DNA of 12,962 nt from a bacterium. Its GTDB lineage: Bacteria > RBG-13-61-14 > DATKZS01. The position numbers and the translations under genes are program-made. The DNA lies in NCBI GenBank assembly GCA_046484135.1, contig JAWOBU010000270.1, forward strand, positions 1-12,962. The letters run 5' to 3'. Every line of letters begins with the position of its first letter. Within the stretch, counting starts at the first letter, position 1. Below, piece by piece: positions 7,851 to 12,962 of this stretch. The notes below the pieces were generated by a model that saw only the letters and a list, made by a program, of their open reading frames with translations, did not search any database and had not been told where the DNA came from.

Positions 7851-7985
7851 GGTGGGAGAGACCTCCAGGTCTCGATCCCATGGTGCTTCCTGCCGCTTTC
7901 GATTATCGCGAGCTGGAGCTCGCTCCCACCAAGATACCCCCTCCGAGCTATGCGGCTCTGCGTGCGAGCGACTTTAGTCGCGACC
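7851..7985. repeat. Cluster of three REP-like (GTGG/GTAG-class) palindromes, including an inverted doublet (REPIN-like)
   Basis: 7851-7876 (+) GGTGGGAGAGACCTCCAGGTCTCGAT; 7905-7930 (-) GGTGGGAGCGAGCTCCAGCTCGCGAT; 7962-7985 (+) GTGCGAGCGACTTTAGTCGCGACC. Each is GTGS-GA, a hairpin, then GA; all lie between convergent genes. Confidence 0.8.
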
Positions 7986-8025
7986 GGAGTTGAGTAAAAG
8001 CACCTTTTTAAGACAACGCCGGTGC

Positions 8026-9528
8026 CTAATCTTCCCGCCCTTGCCGGAGCCTGGTCTTGTCCATCTTGCCGAGCCGGCTTCTGGGGAGCTCATCCACGAA
8101 CTCGACACGGCGGGGCGCCTTGTAGCTCGCGATCCTGCCCTGGCACCACTCGATGAGTTCTTTCTCCGTGAGAGAAGTGCCCGGCCTCAACACCGCCACC
8201 GCTTTAACGCTCTCGCCCCATAAAGGGTCGGGCTCGCCTATGACCGCCACGTCCCGGATGTCGGGATGGTCCGACAGTACCCGTTCGACCTCGGCGGGAA
8301 AGATGTTCTCGCCGCCGGAAATGATGAGCTCCTTCTTGCGGTCCACTATGTAAAAGTAGCCGTCCTGGTCCTGGCGGGCCAGGTCGCCCGTGTAAAGCCT
8401 GTCCCCCTGGAGCACGTCAGAGCTCGCCTCCGCATTGTTCCAGTAATACTTCATCACGTGGTTGGCCTGGATTACGACTTCTCCGACCTCGCCTTGGGGC
8501 ACTTCCTCTCCGGCGTGGTCAACCAGGTTGATCCGGGTATGGAAGAAAGGCAGGCCGCAGGAGCCGGCCTTTTCAAGTGCGTGCTCGAAGTCAATGACCA
8601 GGGCGGGTCCCGCGGACTCGGTCAACCCGTAAAGCTGCCTGACCCGGATGTCGGAGTCGGCGTACTCCCGGATAAGCTCCGGCGGAACGGCCGAGCCGTA
8701 GGCCAGGATACTTCTGACCCCGGAGAAGTCGCAGCTTGCGAACTTGGAGGACTCCTTGATCAGGTACAGCATGGTGGGGACTGCGCCGAACGAAGTCACG
8801 CCTTCGGTCTCGATGTGTTCCAAAAGCAGGTCGGGCTCGAACCTGGGCATGAGCACGCACCTGGTTCCCCGGTGCATGAAAAAGGGAAGCCATCCCAGCG
8901 CGCCGATATGAAAGAGCGGCAGGGTCAGCAGGAACGTATCACCCATCTGGTGCAGGGTGGCGATGGCGGACACCGCGGCGAAAAAGAAGTTCTTGTGAGA
9001 GAGCACCACTCCGCGCGGGCCAGTGGTGGACCAGATGGTGTAAAGTATGACCAGCTCGTCATCGTCGCCTGCCTGCCGGGCGGGCTCGGTCTCGTCCGAT
9101 CCTTGCAAAAGCTCGTTGTATGATTGGCCCCTGGCAGGGCTGTCACCGGTGTAGACCATTTTAACGTCGGCCGGTCCCGCCTCTTCCACCACTTCAAGGA
9201 ACTCCGGCGAGTAGACCAGGACGTCAATGCCCGAGTCGTTAAAGATGGACTTGAGCTCGGGAGGGGCGAGCCGGTAGTTGATGGGCACCATGATAGAGCC
9301 GATCTTGGCCAGGCCGAAAAAAAGGTCGAAGTGGCAGATGGAGTTCAAGCTGAGTATACCCACCCGGTCGCCGGGCCGGACCCCGATTCTCTGCATGGCA
9401 TGGGCGGCGCGGTTGGCCCGCCGGTTGAGCTCTCCGAAGGTCCATCTTCGGCCTTCGCAGATTAATCCTTCTCGGCGGGGACTCAGCATGGCCCGCCTTG
9501 CCAGGAAATCGCCGATGTTTACTCTCAT
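8026..9528 (-). CDS. ANL-superfamily AMP-binding enzyme (long-chain fatty acid-CoA ligase / MenE-like) with an atypical P-loop
   Basis: LPLFHIGAL, QLYGLTES, YTGDLAR.D.DGYFYIVDRKKELIISGGENIFPAEVE, LPRSRLGK. Start at ATG 9528 (MRVNIGDFL), which is preceded by AAGGAGG. Confidence 0.9.
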   Translation of the reverse strand: MRVNIGDFLARRAMLSPRREGLICEGRRWTFGELNRRANRAAHAMQRIGVRPGDRVGILSLNSICHFDLFFGLAKIGSIMVPINYRLAPPELKSIFNDSGIDVLVYSPEFLEVVEEAGPADVKMVYTGDSPARGQSYNELLQGSDETEPARQAGDDDELVILYTIWSTTGPRGVVLSHKNFFFAAVSAIATLHQMGDTFLLTLPLFHIGALGWLPFFMHRGTRCVLMPRFEPDLLLEHIETEGVTSFGAVPTMLYLIKESSKFASCDFSGVRSILAYGSAVPPELIREYADSDIRVRQLYGLTESAGPALVIDFEHALEKAGSCGLPFFHTRINLVDHAGEEVPQGEVGEVVIQANHVMKYYWNNAEASSDVLQGDRLYTGDLARQDQDGYFYIVDRKKELIISGGENIFPAEVERVLSDHPDIRDVAVIGEPDPLWGESVKAVAVLRPGTSLTEKELIEWCQGRIASYKAPRRVEFVDELPRSRLGKMDKTRLRQGRED

Positions 9529-9567
9529 GGGTCCTCCTTGGCCGTCTCCCATGATTTTTTACTATCT

Positions 9568-11013
9568 TTAATCGCCCGTCAAACAGTAATAATCCTTTTT
9601 GTCGCGAGCAAGTCTTTTTTTTAGCAACGCTGCCTTGCGGTGCGAAGGGTCGAGAGCCAGGCAGGTTTTCAAAAGCTCCTGTCCCCGGCAGACCCGGCCC
9701 ATGTTCACTCCCGACTCGTAAGCCGCCTGGTAGAAGCTTTGCGCGAGCGCTTTATCTTCCAGGTTCTCAAAAGCGACTGCAAGAGCTTCCCTTACCTTGC
9801 CTTCCCAGTTTTCTCGGGGGGCCAGCAGTCCCTTGCGTACCATGGACCGGATGACCTCGAGTGCAAGAACCCGTTGTCCCGCCGGACGGGGATGACAATG
9901 GTCGAAGAACAAAGCGTCGCCCGGAGCGGCGGAGAGCCGGGCGGCCTTGCCGAAAGCGGCGGCACCGTCCGCCAGCATAATGTTTTCCCCTTCGGAAGTA
10001 AGGCGGAGGGTGTCCGCCATGGCAGACGGAATCCGCACCGGCACCGGGTCCAGGTCCCGCGCCCGGCGCCACAGCTTGACTGCCTCGGTGGTTCTGCCTT
10101 CCATTCCATACTTTGCCCATCCCTCTTCGAAAAAAAGCCATGCTTCCGGAGAGCCGGTCCTGTTCTTCTTTATAAGCTGCAAGGCTCGCCCGTACTTTTT
10201 GTCCTTTAAGAGCCGGTCAATCCTGGTCTGCTTTGCTCGCGGGAGCCGGGAGGGGCCGTAAGGCCGGTAGTCCTTGAGGTTGGAAGGCGGAACCACTAAA
10301 ACAAGCGGAACGCCGCGCTCCCGGCACAAGCGGGCCATGGCCTTCAGGTTCTTCTCGAACTCCTGGGTAACAAGCGTCCGCTCTTTGGCGGACACGCGGT
10401 GGGCGTCCCAGTTCACCTCGCCGGCACGGCCGCGCACCAACGATGCCGCTCCCGCAAAAACGCGATAAAGGCGGAGATGATAAAGCGCCCCGCTAAGGCC
10501 GCCCTCGGTTACGTGCGGGAACCTTTTTTCCAGAAACTCGTTGTTGCCGGTCATGAGAACTATGGCATCGGGGTCATAGTCCAGCAGCTCCTCCACCACC
10601 GGTACCAGTCGGTAAGAGGCGTATCCGAAACCCCCGGCGTTAATGACCTCGTGCTCGCGGCCCCGTTCGGCAGCGTCCAGCGCGAGTGTCAACAACCTGT
10701 CCGGCCCGTATACGCCCTGCAAAGGAAAGCCCATGGCGGCGCTTCCGCCGGTTATAAACACCCGCAGGGTCCCGGCCTTCTTATTTGCAGGGAATGATTG
10801 ATCTAAAAAATACTTCCTTTTGTCCGAGTCGGTCCTTAAGGTATGGCCTTGTTTTTCAAAGACCGGTTCCGGAAAAGCGAACACGTCTGATACCGGCCGT
10901 CCCGGCGGAGCCGCGTCAAAAAGCCGAAGCAGAACCTCGACCATGACCAGAAGACCCACGCCGAAGCAAAGCGCGGCCAGTTTGCGCCACGGTTTTCTAT
11001 GCTTTTCTTTCAT
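9568..11013 (-). CDS. Membrane-anchored SGNH/GDSL-fold protein with TPR-like helical insertions
   Basis: N-terminal TM (LAALCFGVGLLVMVEVLLRLF); block I VFITGGSAAMG; block II INAGGFG; block III MTGNNEF; block V DHCHP; TPR-like segments (AWLFFEEG..AVKLWRRARDLD; CLALDPSH). Confidence 0.8.
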   Translation of the reverse strand: MKEKHRKPWRKLAALCFGVGLLVMVEVLLRLFDAAPPGRPVSDVFAFPEPVFEKQGHTLRTDSDKRKYFLDQSFPANKKAGTLRVFITGGSAAMGFPLQGVYGPDRLLTLALDAAERGREHEVINAGGFGYASYRLVPVVEELLDYDPDAIVLMTGNNEFLEKRFPHVTEGGLSGALYHLRLYRVFAGAASLVRGRAGEVNWDAHRVSAKERTLVTQEFEKNLKAMARLCRERGVPLVLVVPPSNLKDYRPYGPSRLPRAKQTRIDRLLKDKKYGRALQLIKKNRTGSPEAWLFFEEGWAKYGMEGRTTEAVKLWRRARDLDPVPVRIPSAMADTLRLTSEGENIMLADGAAAFGKAARLSAAPGDALFFDHCHPRPAGQRVLALEVIRSMVRKGLLAPRENWEGKVREALAVAFENLEDKALAQSFYQAAYESGVNMGRVCRGQELLKTCLALDPSHRKAALLKKRLARDKKDYYCLTGD

Positions 11014-11097
11014 CGTTTCTTGTTCAGGATATCACCGGCCGGCAGGGACAGAAAAGTTGAACAAGAAGGCAGCAGGGGCCTTCGCTCCCTGTATTCA

Positions 11098-12309
11098 TCA
11101 CACCTTTACCCGAGCTTTTCTGATCAAAAGGTCGGCCAGGATGCCGGCTATGAAGGCGTAGGCCATGTTGGTGCCGGCCACTGCTATGCCCGCGACCAGT
11201 ACGGTAACAAAGAGCTCGTGTCTTTCTTTCAGGTCGCGCACGAGTAGGGCGAGCTCGATTCCGGCGAAGGCGAGGAGCACTCCCAGTACGGACTGGGGGA
11301 TCATGATAAGGAGGGACAGGGCGAGCTTTCCGAAGGCGAGTGCTAGCACGAGGCACACCGCGCCGATCATGAGGTTCGATCCTCCGGTGCGGGCCCCGAA
11401 CCGGTAGTGGGCGGCCAGTCCGCCTGCGCCGTGGCACATGGGCATGGCCGCCATGAGCCCCGCCGGTATGTTGATTAAGCCCATGGTGGCTGCGAAGCGG
11501 CCGGGTGTGGCCCGCTCGATCTCCGGGCTTTCCGGGAACAGGGAGCAGGCGGTGTCCGCGGTGCCGATGGCCGCGTTGCCGATGGTGAGCGGAAGCTGGG
11601 GAATGACCAGGAGCAGCATAGCACTCGCGAACTGCTCGAAAGAAGGGAAGCTTTCGGTGCCGGGAATGAGAAGCGGCAACCGTTCCGGTCCGAGCGCAAA
11701 AGAGACCCCGGAAAGGCCGCCCAGTGCCAGCCCGCCGGCAACGCCCACAACAAGCGCCGCCAGCGCCGCGGGCATTCGCCTGTTGTTAAGGAGCACAAAC
11801 ACCATGACAAAGACGGCCACTCCCAGGACGATGTTCACCGGAACTCCATAGAAGGACATCTTCTCTCCCTCCAGGAACACCTCGGGCGCCGCCAGAAGAT
11901 CGAAACCCTTTTTCATGAGGATGATGCCCAGCCCGAGCTGGATGCCCCGTACCACCGGCCTGGTGAAAACCGTGGAGATGGCCTTCATGGCGCCGGTAAA
12001 GGAGAGCACGAGCAGGATGACGCCGAAGGTCATGCCCGCGGCCGCGATGACCGGCTCGGTAATGGCAGCGGGCGAAGCGATCGCAAGCGCTCCCACCACC
12101 TTCAAGGGCTGGACCGGAACCGGAAGCCGGTAGTAGGCCCCCGCCAGTACGTAAAAGATGCCGACCCACAAGAGCACCGAGGAGGGGGACAGCTTGTTGA
12201 ACACGATCATTCCCGCGGCGAGCGGGATCAAGGTCCCCAGGTCGCCCAGCGAGCCGGCGAGCTCCATCCGGTCGAACCGGAAGCCGGTCTTTTCGCCTTT
12301 ATCTTTCAT
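11098..12309 (-). CDS. Putative molybdate/sulfate transporter, MOT1 family
   Basis: ELAGSLGDLGTLIP, LPVPVQPLK, VVRGIQLGLG, PQLPLTIGNA and MPMCHGAGGLAAHYRFGARTG are MOT1-type signatures; many TM helices. Confidence 0.9.
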   Translation of the reverse strand: MKDKGEKTGFRFDRMELAGSLGDLGTLIPLAAGMIVFNKLSPSSVLLWVGIFYVLAGAYYRLPVPVQPLKVVGALAIASPAAITEPVIAAAGMTFGVILLVLSFTGAMKAISTVFTRPVVRGIQLGLGIILMKKGFDLLAAPEVFLEGEKMSFYGVPVNIVLGVAVFVMVFVLLNNRRMPAALAALVVGVAGGLALGGLSGVSFALGPERLPLLIPGTESFPSFEQFASAMLLLVIPQLPLTIGNAAIGTADTACSLFPESPEIERATPGRFAATMGLINIPAGLMAAMPMCHGAGGLAAHYRFGARTGGSNLMIGAVCLVLALAFGKLALSLLIMIPQSVLGVLLAFAGIELALLVRDLKERHELFVTVLVAGIAVAGTNMAYAFIAGILADLLIRKARVKV

Positions 12310-12398
12310 AGCTCTTTCTAAAAACAGGCATTGGTTTCATGCAAAGACGAAGGGCGCAAAGTTAAACCAAAGCCATGGGTATCAGATAGAGGACGGCG

Positions 12399-12962
12399 TT
12401 ACTTGTTAAGCCTGCTTTTTATCCTGTTGATGTGGCCCCTGCCGAGGCCGCGTACCTCGCAGCCCTGTTCGAGGTAGGACTTTATCTTCTCGTCGGAGAG
12501 GATGGCGAACCCGTCAATCACGGAGAGGGGCTTTCCCGCCCACTTCACCACCTCGGCCGGTTCCAGCTCGAGATAGGGCCGGTGCCGGACCGCGAAAAAG
12601 ACGGCGTCCATTCCCTCCAGCGCGCTTTGCAGGTCATGTTGGACCTCGAGGGCCTTGAGCCCTTCCTGGTTGTCGAAGAACCTGGCCAGGGAATGGCCGG
12701 GATAGGGGTAGAACTCCTGGTTCTCGAACTCCCACCAGTGCTCGACGTAAGGGTCGTGGGCATAGACCTTGGCGCCCAGGTGGGCGAGCTTGCGGACCAC
12801 CAGCTCCGAGCCGCTGTAACGGGTGTCCCCCACGTCCTCCCGGTAGCTGGCGCCGCAGACCAGGACCCTGGCGCCGGAGATGTCCCTGCCGCCGACGGAC
12901 ACGGCCTCGACTATCACGTCCGCGGCGTGAAGTCCGCGGGTGTCGTTGATGTTGATGGACAA
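12399..12962 (-). CDS. Nucleotide-sugar dehydrogenase (UDP-glucose/GDP-mannose dehydrogenase family), C-terminal UDP-binding domain; 5'-truncated by the window edge
   Basis: ININD, VLVCGASYREDVGDTRYS (canonical GxxYKxDxxDxRxS), AHDPYV, FAVRHRPY, VIDG. The ORF runs off the window end. Confidence 0.88.
   Translation of the reverse strand: MSININDTRGLHAADVIVEAVSVGGRDISGARVLVCGASYREDVGDTRYSGSELVVRKLAHLGAKVYAHDPYVEHWWEFENQEFYPYPGHSLARFFDNQEGLKALEVQHDLQSALEGMDAVFFAVRHRPYLELEPAEVVKWAGKPLSVIDGFAILSDEKIKSYLEQGCEVRGLGRGHINRIKSRLNK

Noticed and set aside
7851..7985. Interpretation as a mini CRISPR array
   Set aside because: The copies alternate in orientation and differ in sequence, and there are no cas genes or leader; REP architecture fits better.
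7509..8223. Small ORFs 7509..7997, 7811..7993 and 7990..8223 across the intergenic region
   Set aside because: They overlap real genes or REP hairpins and have no recognisable protein features.
12310..12398. Moco/Wco riboswitch or ModE box upstream of the MOT1 transporter
   Set aside because: The 89-nt gap appears too short for the riboswitch, and no ModE-like TATAT-N-TATAT consensus is visible.

Overview
GC-rich bacterial chromosomal window that reads as mostly housekeeping and envelope DNA; a deltaproteobacterial-type origin is an impression, not established. In order it contains: the AT-rich 3' end of a small DUF6788-like, IS-associated ORF (+); mutS (-); a GT-C/TMTC-like membrane glycosyltransferase with a C-terminal CBM-like module (-); tRNA-Ala(GGC) (-); a palindromic divergent promoter; an exported hypothetical protein overlapping a Tat-exported CxAxR sulfatase (+); three REP-like hairpins between convergent genes; then, on the minus strand, an acyl-CoA synthetase-like gene with a disrupted P-loop, an SGNH-fold membrane-anchored protein, a MOT1-family molybdate/sulfate transporter and the 3' part of a nucleotide-sugar dehydrogenase. 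I see no clear complete novel multi-gene system. The best leads are small-scale: the covarying REP/REPIN cluster, the 15-bp palindromic mirror promoter, the locally frame-shifted-looking P-loop, and a G8 tract inside an apparent MutS insertion.
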